Virus record (IMG/VR): IMGVR_UViG_3300028837_001398 | Coordinates: 1 to 64,000 of that record | Length of the DNA: 64,000 nucleotides | DNA from: a virus | Strand: one strand, 5' to 3' | Part shown: positions 16,318 to 26,225 of the stretch, piece after piece | Layout of the letters: each line of letters opens with the position of its first letter | Position numbering within the stretch: position 1 is the stretch's first letter | Made by a program: the position numbers and the translations under genes | Notes under the pieces: model-generated | The model's input: the letters and a program-made list of their open reading frames with translations, nothing else | Database searches by the model: none | Told to the model about the DNA's origin: nothing

Positions 16318-16582
16318 GGTGTTGACTCCTCCTCATATTCGCTCGGGTCCGGCTCCCAGTTCACAAGGTCCTCGGGCAGCTCGGGTGCCTGCTCGACGGC
16401 CAGCCTCAGTTCCTGATAGAGTGCCAGCGCCGCGCCCTTCTGTTGTGGGCCGTGAGCTTTACCCGCGGATTCTGCAACAGATCGAGCACGGCTGTCGTCT
16501 CGTCCAGCAGGGCCTGTCCAGCGGCCTGGCGCTCCCGCACTCGCCCAACCAGCGCTATCAGTTTTTGCTCTGGTGTCGCCAT
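16314..16582 (-). pseudogene. frameshifted small gene (or sequence error)
   Basis: AGGAG SD and MATPEQKLIALVGRVRERQ...PRVKLTA. Restoring one base near 16447 continues QQKGAALALYQELR...EEESTP to a stop coupled (ATGA) with the next gene. Confidence 0.55.
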
Positions 16583-16626
16583 TTCCAGCTCCTATTTTGT
16601 GCTATACTGTTTGCTGGAGGTGCGTC

Positions 16627-17967
16627 ATGCGCTTCGCCAAGTGGATAATCCTCGTAGTCACCACCGTAGCGATCGGGGCGTTCCTCTGGACGCGGCCCGC
16701 GAAGGCACCCGTGCGACGCCCGCCCCAGTCGGGCCATCCCGACATCTACATCTTCCTGATAGACGCCCTGCGCGCCGACCATGTGGGCTGCTACGGCTAC
16801 CAGCGCCCCACCACCCCCAACATTGACGCCGTCAATGCCCACACCCCCGCCACCTGGACCCGCCCCGCCGTCGCCTCCATATTCACCGGACTCGCACCGC
16901 CGCGCCACGGAGTCACAACCCACCATGATTCCCTGCCGCCCAGGGCGAACACCCTCGCCGAGAGGCTTCGCGGCCAGGGCTATCACACACACATGATTCA
17001 GACGAATGGAAACGCCTCGCACCATTTCGGGTTCGACCAGGGATTCGCTGACTATGACTATGGCAAACGCACCGGGACTGCAGAATGGGCGCTCTCCAGG
17101 GTAAATCTCACAGCCGACAAGCCCCTCTTCCTCTACGTACACATTATCGAACCCCATGCACCCTACGCTCCAAGTGAAGAGGCACTTCGCCTGTTCGATA
17201 CCGGGATTGCCGGTTCTTGCGATGGCAGTCTTGAGGCGCTCAGCGGGGTCGGGTATCTCTGGCCCGACATCTCGCAAGAAGACCTGGCGCATCTGCGCGA
17301 CCTCTACGACGGCGAGGTATGGGACGCAGACCGCGCCTTCGGGAACTTCGTCACGAAACTCAGCGACGCGGCGCGCTACGAGGATTCCCTGATTATCGTC
17401 CTTGCCGACCACGGTGAGGCGTTCGGCGAGCACAACACGCTCGGCCACGGAAACATCCTCAACGTCGAGGAGATGCACATACCCCTGATAGTGAGATTCC
17501 CCGGCGGTGTACACGCTGGCCGGCAGATACAGACGCCCGTTACCCTGGTTGATCTGCTCCCCACGCTGCTTCTCCAAATCGGGGTAGAGCCGGACGAGGG
17601 GCTGTCCGGCTGGGACCTCGGTGCCATTCCCACTGCACGTTGTCCGGGCCGGGCAATCTACGCACATGTTTCGGGCGACGATCCCGAAGTCCGCGAACTC
17701 ATAGGTGTCATAGACGCCCAGGGCTACAAGCGAGTTCTGGATACCTCGCGGGATCACTGGATTCCCAAGGAAGCACAAGGATTGTGGGACACACGCCAGG
17801 ACCCCGGGGAGCGCCACCAGATAGAGGATGAGGAGCGCGCCGCCCAGTGTGCGGTAGTTGCCTCCCAATGGGTATCGTCGCAGCGTGCTGTCTCGCTGGA
17901 ACGCCGTCACGTCACACTTCCCCCCGAGGCCCGCCAGGAACTTCAGGCTCTCGGCTACTTGCAGTAG
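16627..17967 (+). CDS. membrane-anchored sulfatase-like hydrolase (alkaline phosphatase superfamily), moron
   Basis: IDALRADH, TTPNID, WTRPAVASIFTG, EPHAPY, YDGEV, ADHGE, H.PLI, LQALGYL; N-terminal TM; own TGnTATACT and GGAGG. Confidence 0.88.
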   Translation: MRFAKWIILVVTTVAIGAFLWTRPAKAPVRRPPQSGHPDIYIFLIDALRADHVGCYGYQRPTTPNIDAVNAHTPATWTRPAVASIFTGLAPPRHGVTTHHDSLPPRANTLAERLRGQGYHTHMIQTNGNASHHFGFDQGFADYDYGKRTGTAEWALSRVNLTADKPLFLYVHIIEPHAPYAPSEEALRLFDTGIAGSCDGSLEALSGVGYLWPDISQEDLAHLRDLYDGEVWDADRAFGNFVTKLSDAARYEDSLIIVLADHGEAFGEHNTLGHGNILNVEEMHIPLIVRFPGGVHAGRQIQTPVTLVDLLPTLLLQIGVEPDEGLSGWDLGAIPTARCPGRAIYAHVSGDDPEVRELIGVIDAQGYKRVLDTSRDHWIPKEAQGLWDTRQDPGERHQIEDEERAAQCAVVASQWVSSQRAVSLERRHVTLPPEARQELQALGYLQ

Positions 17968-18190
17968 TTTTGCGGAGCAGGTCCCGCAGCACCTGGCACG
18001 TCACCTCGATCTCCTTGAGGCGGATGTCCACCTTCTTCCAGGCGTCGCGGCGCCTGATAATCTCCTCCTGCTCCATCTCACCGCAGAGAGAGAGTTGGCA
18101 GCGCGTCCAGTTGCGATAGGTATCCAGGCTTTCGGCCCACAGTTGCCGCCGCTCTTGTGCGAGGCAGTTGAGAATCTCGGGTATGTTCAT
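17912..18190 (-). CDS. small coiled-coil hypothetical protein
   Basis: ATGA coupling to the upstream gene. Confidence 0.5.
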   Translation of the reverse strand: MNIPEILNCLAQERRQLWAESLDTYRNWTRCQLSLCGEMEQEEIIRRRDAWKKVDIRLKEIEVTCQVLRDLLRKTTASSREPEVPGGPRGEV

Positions 18191-18654
18191 GGTGCCGGTG
18201 TGTTCCCGAAGCCATACCAATACAGCTTGCCACCCGGCTCAAACCAGATATGGCCCTGATCCTCTAACGGGCTTACACTCCGCCGCCCCATGAAGTCTCC
18301 CGTGTAGAGAATCCGCCCGTTCGGGATCGTGATTCCGCAGTCGGTCTGTGCCTGCGGCGCAGTGGTGCCGTCAACATAGATGTCCTGCGGTATCGAACCG
18401 CGGTCCGTCGTGATCTCCCAGCCGTAGTAACCCACCTCGTCAACATCCTTACACCAGTTGCAGCCAGGGCATTCGTCGGGGTTGTCGAGTCCGGGACAGT
18501 TCGTCGCGACACAGGCATCCTTGGGCACCGACCAGCGACAGCATGAATAGCCCCAGGGTTCTGTGTCTGCATTGCAGTCATCCCGGTTGAGGAAGTCCCC
18601 ACAGTGGTCAACCGTGTTCGTGCCTGTGATCTCACCGTTCTTGCACTCGCTCAT
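18187..18654 (-). CDS. Cys-rich protein downstream of the tail fibre
   Basis: ATGA coupling to the fibre stop; about 11 Cys, mostly in the N-terminal 70 aa. Confidence 0.65.
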   Translation of the reverse strand: MSECKNGEITGTNTVDHCGDFLNRDDCNADTEPWGYSCCRWSVPKDACVATNCPGLDNPDECPGCNWCKDVDEVGYYGWEITTDRGSIPQDIYVDGTTAPQAQTDCGITIPNGRILYTGDFMGRRSVSPLEDQGHIWFEPGGKLYWYGFGNTPAP

Positions 18655-20618
18655 GCAACCGCCACTATCTCTCCACGGTTTTCCGAGGAGTTCCAACCCA
18701 TCTTGAAGACCTGACCGTCGCCGAAGAATATGTACTTGTCGCTGGCAATGAAGACATCGGCAATCTCCTTGCTTGTGCTGCCGAAGTCCAGGCCGCCCGC
18801 CGTGGCCGGGTAGAGCGCAGTCGCACTCAAAATCAGCTCCGCCACGCCGCCAATCGCCCACCGCAGGCTCGCCGAGGCGTAGTACATGCCGTAGGCCGTG
18901 GCTCCCGAGAAGCTGTACGTGGGCGCTGCCACAGTCCCGTTGGCTGCCCGAATGAGACCTTCAGCCGTGATGTTAGCGTTGTGTTCGATGGTCAGCGCTA
19001 GGCTCGGCGAGGTGCCTGCGTTGGCCGTAGTATAGAACTCCAGGCGCGTACCCTCGTGAGTCGCATCGAAGTTCTCGTTGGCAAGCGCCCTGATATCTGC
19101 GGTGTCCTCAAACCCAGCCCCATCATGGCCACCGAACCGAAGCTGTCCAAGGTAGTCTCCGGACACGACGGCGGCGGGAGACGCCAGTGTTCCCCTCGCA
19201 CGGAGTAGACTCAACGTAGGGCGATGGTAGGAGTATGTGTCGGCATAGTTTGTGAAGAGAAGCTCTTGGTTCCTGTCAGCGTCCTTGATTACGTCAAGCT
19301 CGCCGTACACCGTGGCTTGCCCCGGAGCAAGCCGTGCGCACTCGGTCAGCGCCCCGGCATTCGCCACCCGGAAGGACAGCGCCCCCGTGTTGTCCGCCCC
19401 ATTCCGCACCGCACAGACGCCCCCGAGGGTCTGCGGCCCGCTCGTCGCGTCTTCGACCTGGAACAGCACCCCGGCCCCGAATCCGTCCGCCATTTCGCCG
19501 TCGGTCACATGCTTGGCGATCAGTGGATGTACGACGGTGTCGGTAGCCGCGTCGGAGATGATGGCCTTGAGGTGGTGGCCCCAGTCGCCCGTCTCGTACT
19601 CCGTCTGCGTCAGGTGGTGGAACTCCCTCGGCACCGTGGATTTGCCGCCCTGGATGCCTGGCAGCGCGTTGTGCTCGGTCAGCGTCCCGCTCGTGCCGAG
19701 ACCGCCGCCGCGCCCCCTCGCCACGCCCGTCGCAGAACCCCTGCCTCCCTGCCCTGGAATGATGTGCCGCAGCGGGTGCTGGCCGCCGATCTGGCCCATG
19801 ACGGCCTGCTCGCCCACGCTCGGAGCCGTTACCCCCGGCGCAATCGGGACGGACTTAATCGTGTGCCGCCGCTCATATAGCCGGAACCAGAGCCCCAGAT
19901 CAGTGTGTACGCTGTACTCGCCCTCCGCATAGGGCGGCCGGTGTTTGCCGCCCGCCGAGGTGTCCTTGTGGCAAATGCCAGCCCCGACCTCCTCTAGCTT
20001 GCGGCACCACAGGCCCTGTGTGATCCACTGGTCCTCATCTGGCGGCGTCTCCTGTCCAGGGTCCGCCCCGCCAATGACGAGCCAGTATTGGACGCCCGGC
20101 GTCAGTGATATCTCATCGCCCTCTGCAAGCTGTATCAGCCGCAGACACTCGCTATCGTGCGCAATAAAGCCAGCACCGCAGCCACCAAGTATGCCGACGT
20201 ACACGGTGGGCTTCGGATCGCCCGACCAGATCGAGAACCAGGCTACGCCGGTCCCGGCTGCACCCAGCCCGCCCACGTTCCACTGGTGCAGCAGTAGCTC
20301 AACCGCCCCAACCTCGACGGCCCGCCCGACCGTGAAGGCGTAGGCCGCGCTCCGGGGCGCGGTCCCTATGGCATTGCTCACAGGATTGGTTTCGCCTGGT
20401 TCGCCTAGCGTCCGCGAGCAATCGTTTTGCGCGGCCACCGCGAGTTCGTCCTCATAGCGGACCACGTCCACCTCGCCAGCGCCGGCCGCGACGACCCTGA
20501 CCGGTTCCGAATCCTGGACGTGCTCATCCTCGGCCACCGCCCGCGTCCGCACCGCCGCCGCGAACTCCTCGGCCGCGGCGTCCAGCAGCACCCGCGCTAT
20601 GGTCTGCCTAGCACTCAT
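18651..20618 (-). CDS. tail fibre / receptor-binding protein
   Basis: Position after the hub gene; N-terminal beta-sandwich (LTPGVQYWLVI); HNALPGIQGG...HHLT fibre motif; RARGT.ASP.AV.SGD.LG..F.G fibre module; GT.AAP.YSF. Confidence 0.8.
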   Translation of the reverse strand: MSARQTIARVLLDAAAEEFAAAVRTRAVAEDEHVQDSEPVRVVAAGAGEVDVVRYEDELAVAAQNDCSRTLGEPGETNPVSNAIGTAPRSAAYAFTVGRAVEVGAVELLLHQWNVGGLGAAGTGVAWFSIWSGDPKPTVYVGILGGCGAGFIAHDSECLRLIQLAEGDEISLTPGVQYWLVIGGADPGQETPPDEDQWITQGLWCRKLEEVGAGICHKDTSAGGKHRPPYAEGEYSVHTDLGLWFRLYERRHTIKSVPIAPGVTAPSVGEQAVMGQIGGQHPLRHIIPGQGGRGSATGVARGRGGGLGTSGTLTEHNALPGIQGGKSTVPREFHHLTQTEYETGDWGHHLKAIISDAATDTVVHPLIAKHVTDGEMADGFGAGVLFQVEDATSGPQTLGGVCAVRNGADNTGALSFRVANAGALTECARLAPGQATVYGELDVIKDADRNQELLFTNYADTYSYHRPTLSLLRARGTLASPAAVVSGDYLGQLRFGGHDGAGFEDTADIRALANENFDATHEGTRLEFYTTANAGTSPSLALTIEHNANITAEGLIRAANGTVAAPTYSFSGATAYGMYYASASLRWAIGGVAELILSATALYPATAGGLDFGSTSKEIADVFIASDKYIFFGDGQVFKMGWNSSENRGEIVAVA

Positions 20619-22123
20619 GCCACCATCCCCGTCAACGAGCAGAGGCCGTTCTGTCGATCATAGGCGAGCGTGACCTCGTGTACCCAAAGATCAAAGGCGT
20701 CTCCCCGGGCACGGTTCACCGTCACCACGTCGCCCGGCTCAATCCGCAGGTCGGCCCGCGGCAGCTCGACGCGCGGCTTGCTCACGCTCTTCTGCACAAA
20801 CGCCAGCTCCATCGCCGCGACCGCCTCCGCGTCCTCGTATCGGCAGGCGCACGGGGCCTGCACGGTCCTGCCCTTCTCGCCGTATGCGGCTATCAGCGAA
20901 TCGTCCCAGGCCTGCACGTCGATGGTGGGGTGCGCGCTCGAGTGCGGATGGCCCATGACGTCCACCGCGAAATCCACCCGCACATCCCCAGCCGGTAGCC
21001 CGCACATCTCGGTACCTGCTCTGATCTGCACGTAGACGACACATTCCATCCGTTCGGCCCCCGCGTTCCAGCCCCCGGAATCGCCGACGATGTGGATGTC
21101 CTGTATCTCCCCGCATTCGACAGCCCACCGGATGTTCTCGGTGTCCAGGCCAGTGTAGCCGACCCGGTAGAGTTGCTTCGTCGGCCCTGCAGCGTATATG
21201 TAGGCGAGGTACCCTGGGTAGGAGAACCAGTGTCTGCTGTAGTCGCCCCGAAAGAGTCGGTATGGCTCTCCATCGCCCTCCAACCCCTTCGAGTAGAACG
21301 CGTACTCGATGGTCGCCCACGGCTCCGGGTCTCCCAGAATCGGACGTTCCTCGCCGGAGGGTCCGCCGCTGACGAATATGCGCGTGGCGTCCGGCGCTCC
21401 GCGCCGCGGGTAGCCCAGGGAGGGAATAGCCGCGCTCGGCAGCGCCAGCACCGGGTCCCAGGTAGCGGGCAGCAGGTCGCCGTGCTTGAGCCTGCCGTCG
21501 TACCCGAAATAGACCCGCTTCGCGAGAGGCTGCACGCAGGCATTGGCGGCCGCCAGCAAGCTCTCGTTCTCGAATTGGATGTGGTCGAGGAAGAAGGCGA
21601 GTGGGCTGAGGTCGAAGTCAGCATCAGCGAACCCCGCGAATCGCTTGAACAACTCCTTGACGACATGATCTGCTTGCGCCGGAGCAGGATCGCCGTACAA
21701 GGCACTCGTCATCTTTATCCCCGCGAGGTCCCGTCCCCGATTCCCCACCTGCACCCGCAACGGCCCGTCCGGCACCTGCTCCATCCCCCCGCAACTGAGT
21801 ACACCCCCAGTGAGTACCGCATACAGGTAGCTCGTGCCATTCACCACCTCTCCAGCCTTGATCTCAATGGTGGCGGTGTTCGGTGCCAGCACCTCCTCCC
21901 ATGCGCCGCCGGGATCGAATGCGCCGTCCGCGTTGTCCACGACGAGCGTCGCCTTGTCCACCGCACCCCGCAGGGAGCGCGTGAGCGACCAGCCGATGAC
22001 GCGGTCGGTGATGTCCAGCGGATCCGGCGCGCCGCCCCAATCGCTCACCCGCACTTGATAGATAGACTGGTAACTCGTAGTCGCCAATGCCGCCGTGTAG
22101 GCCGCGTCAAGATCGCGCATCAT
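20615..22123 (-). CDS. baseplate hub / Tal-like tail protein
   Basis: DITDRV...L.VDN.DG.FDP; DSLIAAYGE; RIEPGDVVTV. Confidence 0.75.
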   Translation of the reverse strand: MMRDLDAAYTAALATTSYQSIYQVRVSDWGGAPDPLDITDRVIGWSLTRSLRGAVDKATLVVDNADGAFDPGGAWEEVLAPNTATIEIKAGEVVNGTSYLYAVLTGGVLSCGGMEQVPDGPLRVQVGNRGRDLAGIKMTSALYGDPAPAQADHVVKELFKRFAGFADADFDLSPLAFFLDHIQFENESLLAAANACVQPLAKRVYFGYDGRLKHGDLLPATWDPVLALPSAAIPSLGYPRRGAPDATRIFVSGGPSGEERPILGDPEPWATIEYAFYSKGLEGDGEPYRLFRGDYSRHWFSYPGYLAYIYAAGPTKQLYRVGYTGLDTENIRWAVECGEIQDIHIVGDSGGWNAGAERMECVVYVQIRAGTEMCGLPAGDVRVDFAVDVMGHPHSSAHPTIDVQAWDDSLIAAYGEKGRTVQAPCACRYEDAEAVAAMELAFVQKSVSKPRVELPRADLRIEPGDVVTVNRARGDAFDLWVHEVTLAYDRQNGLCSLTGMVA

Positions 22124-22962
22124 CGCTCCCCAGTCAGCACGAGGTCGAGCCGCGCACCAGTAGCGTAGGCCTCATCGCTCAACGTTAGGGGCGGGAAGTC
22201 CCATTGCAGCCCGAACGCGACGGGCACCGCGTCGTAAAGTTGCCCATCATCCAGGTCCGCCTCCAGGCTGAGGCCCCTGGACCCATATGCGCCGACCAGC
22301 CCCCGGAGCACGAGGCACTGCCCGCCCTGCCACACCGTCCCGCTCAGTTCCCCGTTGGCGAGCCCCCATGCCCAGGTCCCGTTCAGTTCGTACTTCGCGT
22401 GTGCGTTCGGCGCCACCACCTCTCCCGCGCACGAAATCGTGCCCCCCGTGACCGCCGCTCCGTTCAGCACCAGCCATCCTTCCGTCGCCCCGATGGGCCA
22501 GGCGCAATCGGCGAAGATGTCTACGTCAGCGAAGGCCGCGCCAATGTCATTCGCGGTCAGTACCCCAAGCAGCCCCACGCGCTCATTCGGCAGGCCGCCA
22601 TCCGTGTCCCATACCTCTACCCTCAACTCGCCCGCCATCCCCGTCTGCTTGAGCGTAAGCCGGGCCGCGGAAATCGCGGCGAAGCTGCCAGCCTCGACTG
22701 GGATCTTGTATGCCAGCATCTCGCCCGCGGTGATCGTATCCGCTACATCATCAGTCGCCGCGTACGTCCGTATCTGCGTTTTCCCCGGCGTGGCGTTGAG
22801 ATCACTGAACGGCAGGACTACCACTTCGTCGGCGATGTCGCCGCCCAGGACCGCCACTCTGCTCCCGCCGAGCGTCGGCGTCGTCCGCACGCGCGGCCGC
22901 CGAACGACTGGCCCCCAACCCTTCCTCGGCCTCTGCTCGAATGTATAGTAACCTAGCCTCAT
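22120..22962 (-). CDS. distal tail (Dit-like) protein with inserted beta-sandwich
   Basis: ATG 22962 coupled to the TMP stop; position after the TMP. Confidence 0.6.
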   Translation of the reverse strand: MRLGYYTFEQRPRKGWGPVVRRPRVRTTPTLGGSRVAVLGGDIADEVVVLPFSDLNATPGKTQIRTYAATDDVADTITAGEMLAYKIPVEAGSFAAISAARLTLKQTGMAGELRVEVWDTDGGLPNERVGLLGVLTANDIGAAFADVDIFADCAWPIGATEGWLVLNGAAVTGGTISCAGEVVAPNAHAKYELNGTWAWGLANGELSGTVWQGGQCLVLRGLVGAYGSRGLSLEADLDDGQLYDAVPVAFGLQWDFPPLTLSDEAYATGARLDLVLTGER

Positions 22963-25900
22963 GTCGTCACCCAGTAGCGCGAGAGCGCGCCCTCCAGAGC
23001 GCGGCCCAGCGGCCCTACGAGTCGGTCCCCAAGGCGCTCCACACCCACCGCGTCGAGCGCGTCCGCGGAGAGTTCCACTGTCAGGTTCTCGATCATCACT
23101 CCGCCAAGGCCTGGACCGGCAGCGGCCCCCGCGAATGCCAGGGCCGGTGATGCTAACGGCGAGACGCTGGCGGCCATAGTCTGTGTCAGAGGAATCACCG
23201 CCTCCGGCCCGCTCTCGCCGATCATGGCCATCGTCGGTTGCGTTACTATCCCGCCGTGCTGGAGGAAGGGCAGGCTGAACCCCAAGGACATGGCCGCTTT
23301 GAGCATCACCCACTTGGCTATCATCGTAGCTACCATCTCGGCAAAGGCAGTCTTGATCGCGTCCCAGATTCCGCTTAGAAAGCCCGACAGCTTCCCACCT
23401 TCCAGCATCACCCTCTTGATCGCGCTCGCGAACGCGTCCTGGATTTTCTCGGCTGTGTGTTGCCAGAGCAAGAGGATCTGGTTCCCGCTGTTGTCCCATG
23501 CTGCCTCGAGCAACGCCAACTGCCGTTCGATCTCCGCTCGCTCCTGGACGATGGTTTCTCTGCGTGCCAGGGACGCGCCATCCCATTCTGCCTGAAGCTC
23601 AGCGAGGCGGCCGACGAGTGCAGCGCGTACCTGCTCCGTGGTCTCTGGCATGGGAGGAAGTCCCGGCATAACCGGTGACACCACGGGCTCTCGCCGCAAT
23701 GTCCCGAGCTCCGCCTGCAACCGTATCTGCTCGTCCAGCAGGGCGTTCAACTCTCGTACCGCGTCCTGCCAGGGGAGCGTGTCCTTGTAACCGAGGCTGG
23801 CGAGCTCCTCCATCTTCGTGCGCGCCTCGGTGATGGCTTCCGTCAGATCATCGAGCCGCGTATCGAATCCTGCGGCCAGCATCGGGGCATCGCTTGCGGT
23901 CCGCTTTATGCTCGTGTCGAGCTTGAACAACTCTTCGTTCGCCCCGACCAGCCGACTTTTCACTTCCGTCGCCCAGTTCCACACAGCCGGGTCTTTGGAC
24001 TGCTGCGCGAGGCTGCCCCACTTCTCCGCTGCCCTCCTGAGCCACCCCACGTATTCCCTCAGCACCTGTATCCGCTGCTCGTCGTCTGCATCGGCGGCCG
24101 CGTAATCCAGCTTGGCCTTCAGCAACGCGCCGTAGGCCTGCACTGCCTCCAGAGCTGTCCGCCCCTCCCCGCCAGCCTCTGCACCGCCGCCGCCCTCTCC
24201 CCCGCGGCCGCTAGGTTCCTCCGCGGCACCACCGCTCGCCGCAGTCCGCCGCGCTTTCTCGGCCTTCTCTAGTTCCTCGACGAGGCCTATCCGTCTTCTG
24301 AGCTCCGCGCTGGTCTCTGCGAACTCTCGCCTGTAGTCAGCCTCTATTTTGACATCCCCCATCCTCGTGACGTAGCCGAATGAATACTTGTGGGCCGCTT
24401 CTTGCTCTGCCTTTAGCTCTGACAATAGCTGCTTCTGGTCTGCTACTGCCTGGCGGGCCGCCACCAAATCCGCGACCGCCGTCAAGCGCTCCAGGTTCGC
24501 CTCCACCCTAAGCGCATGGACGTAGTCCTCGTGCGCCTGCCGAGCCTTCTTGACCAGTTCGGTCAGGTTGAACGTGGCCCGCCCCTGCTCGTCATAGGAC
24601 TTGACAACCTCTGGATAGATGGCGGCCAGGTCCTGTAGGGCGGCATGGTATTTCTTGTGCTCCTCCGTAGCCAAGTGGGCCTTCTTGCCCAGGCGCTCGA
24701 CGATCTCGTACGCGTCACTAGCCTCCTTGTTGATGGCCCGCTGCTCCGCCGTGATGGGCTTAGCCACGCCAATGTACGCGTCCCATGCCTTCTTCGCCCC
24801 CCATATTGCCGCCGCCAACGCGCCGATGGCGATCACGACCAGGGCTATCGGCCCACCCGCGGCTGCCAATGATGCAGCGGATGCCCCTACTGCTCCCAGC
24901 CCTCCCGCGCCAGCGATGGTCGCGAGCATCGTCATAACGCTCGGCAAAGCGATCAGAAGCGGACCGAGCGCAAGCATGAGGGCGCCGAACCCAGCCGCCG
25001 CGAGCGTGAGCCCTTTCGTCAACTGTGGATGCAGACGCATCTGCGCCTCGATCCAGTTCAGGATCGGTTCGCCCGCGCTCAACAAGTCCCCCAGTACTGG
25101 AACCAGGCCGTCACCAATCCGAGTGATCGTGGTCTCTACGCGTCGTCGGAACTGAGCCAGGGCAAACCCGGTCGCGTTGATTCCCTCCGTCTGCTCCGAG
25201 AAGGCAGCATCGGCCTCACCCGTGGCCTTGGTCATGCCGCCGAGCTTCTCGACATACACATCGGTCTGCGCACCGGTGAGCGCCAGGACAATAGGGAGGG
25301 CTTCCACCTGACTGATATAGTCGATCATCTGGTGGCCGCCCGCCTTCGCCTCCTTTGCGATTAGCTGAAGCGTTCCGATCAGTCCGAGGTCGGCGAGCAT
25401 GGCCTTGCCCGACGCATAGTCATGCTTCTCGAGCAATACTATCATCTCTTTTTGCGGGTTCATCAGAGCATTTAGGACGCCTCTGAATTGCGTGACGACG
25501 AGATTGGCAGTGCCCGTTACCCCCGTACCCGTCGCCATCACCGCGAAGAGTTCTTCCTGGCTGATCCCCATATCGTTGGCCATAGAGATTACTAGGCCCA
25601 TGCTCGACGCCAGTTCGGGGAAAGTGGTCTGTCCCATGCGAACAGTCGCGAATGCCAGATCGGCGACGTGGCGTAACGCAGCGGCAGACGTGTCACCGTA
25701 GCCCTTTGTGACTGCCGACAGCAGATTCAACGCCTCGACGGTCTGCGCCCGTCCCGCAACGCCCGCCCTGGTAACGATGTTCAGCTTCTCCTCGGTGTCG
25801 GCCGCATCGCCGAAGGCAGAGATAACCTGATACAGACCCTCGGTCAGGTCGCTCATGGCTTTACCCGTCTCGACGGAAAGCCGCATGATCTCCGTCCGGA

Positions 25901-26225
25901 ATTCTAGGACGCGCTCGGTGGCCCTCGGAATGAGGGTTGCGACATTCGCCATGCCTTCATTCAGGTCCACCGAGAACTTGACGGCGCCAACACTGAATGC
26001 GGCGATGCTGGCGCCTACTGCCGTCATCGCCATGCCTACAGCGCGGATCGCTCCGGCGTTCTTCTGGATCGCCGCGTTCGCTTTCGCGAACCCGAGTGAC
26101 ATACTCGCGCCCGTCTTTGCCGCCGCGGCGTCCACCTTGCCGAGGTCCCCGGTGGTCTGCTTAGCGTTCGTGACGATTCGCCCGAAGAGCGTGAATATCT
26201 CAGCGCCCACGTTCTCTCCTCTCAC
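22959..26225 (-). CDS. tail tape measure protein (TP901 core)
   Basis: EIFTLFGRI; GLYQVISA; F.TVR.G.TT..ELA; C-terminal GGIVTQPT.AMIGESGPEAVIPL. Confidence 0.95.
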   Translation of the reverse strand: MRGENVGAEIFTLFGRIVTNAKQTTGDLGKVDAAAAKTGASMSLGFAKANAAIQKNAGAIRAVGMAMTAVGASIAAFSVGAVKFSVDLNEGMANVATLIPRATERVLEFRTEIMRLSVETGKAMSDLTEGLYQVISAFGDAADTEEKLNIVTRAGVAGRAQTVEALNLLSAVTKGYGDTSAAALRHVADLAFATVRMGQTTFPELASSMGLVISMANDMGISQEELFAVMATGTGVTGTANLVVTQFRGVLNALMNPQKEMIVLLEKHDYASGKAMLADLGLIGTLQLIAKEAKAGGHQMIDYISQVEALPIVLALTGAQTDVYVEKLGGMTKATGEADAAFSEQTEGINATGFALAQFRRRVETTITRIGDGLVPVLGDLLSAGEPILNWIEAQMRLHPQLTKGLTLAAAGFGALMLALGPLLIALPSVMTMLATIAGAGGLGAVGASAASLAAAGGPIALVVIAIGALAAAIWGAKKAWDAYIGVAKPITAEQRAINKEASDAYEIVERLGKKAHLATEEHKKYHAALQDLAAIYPEVVKSYDEQGRATFNLTELVKKARQAHEDYVHALRVEANLERLTAVADLVAARQAVADQKQLLSELKAEQEAAHKYSFGYVTRMGDVKIEADYRREFAETSAELRRRIGLVEELEKAEKARRTAASGGAAEEPSGRGGEGGGGAEAGGEGRTALEAVQAYGALLKAKLDYAAADADDEQRIQVLREYVGWLRRAAEKWGSLAQQSKDPAVWNWATEVKSRLVGANEELFKLDTSIKRTASDAPMLAAGFDTRLDDLTEAITEARTKMEELASLGYKDTLPWQDAVRELNALLDEQIRLQAELGTLRREPVVSPVMPGLPPMPETTEQVRAALVGRLAELQAEWDGASLARRETIVQERAEIERQLALLEAAWDNSGNQILLLWQHTAEKIQDAFASAIKRVMLEGGKLSGFLSGIWDAIKTAFAEMVATMIAKWVMLKAAMSLGFSLPFLQHGGIVTQPTMAMIGESGPEAVIPLTQTMAASVSPLASPALAFAGAAAGPGLGGVMIENLTVELSADALDAVGVERLGDRLVGPLGRALEGALSRYWVTT

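Noticed and set aside
16558-17910. 450-aa minus-strand ORF, and many other long opposite-strand ORFs (e.g. 33785-35053, 27686-28954)
   Set aside because: Shadow ORFs of GC-rich genes whose opposite strand carries clear family motifs
18187-20618. Diversity-generating retroelement or invertible fibre cassette
   Set aside because: No reverse transcriptase, TR/VR repeat pair or invertase seen near the fibre genes
22963-23586. Long N-terminal extension of the Dit-like ORF
   Set aside because: Overlaps the TMP 3' end; ATG 22962 is coupled to the TMP stop
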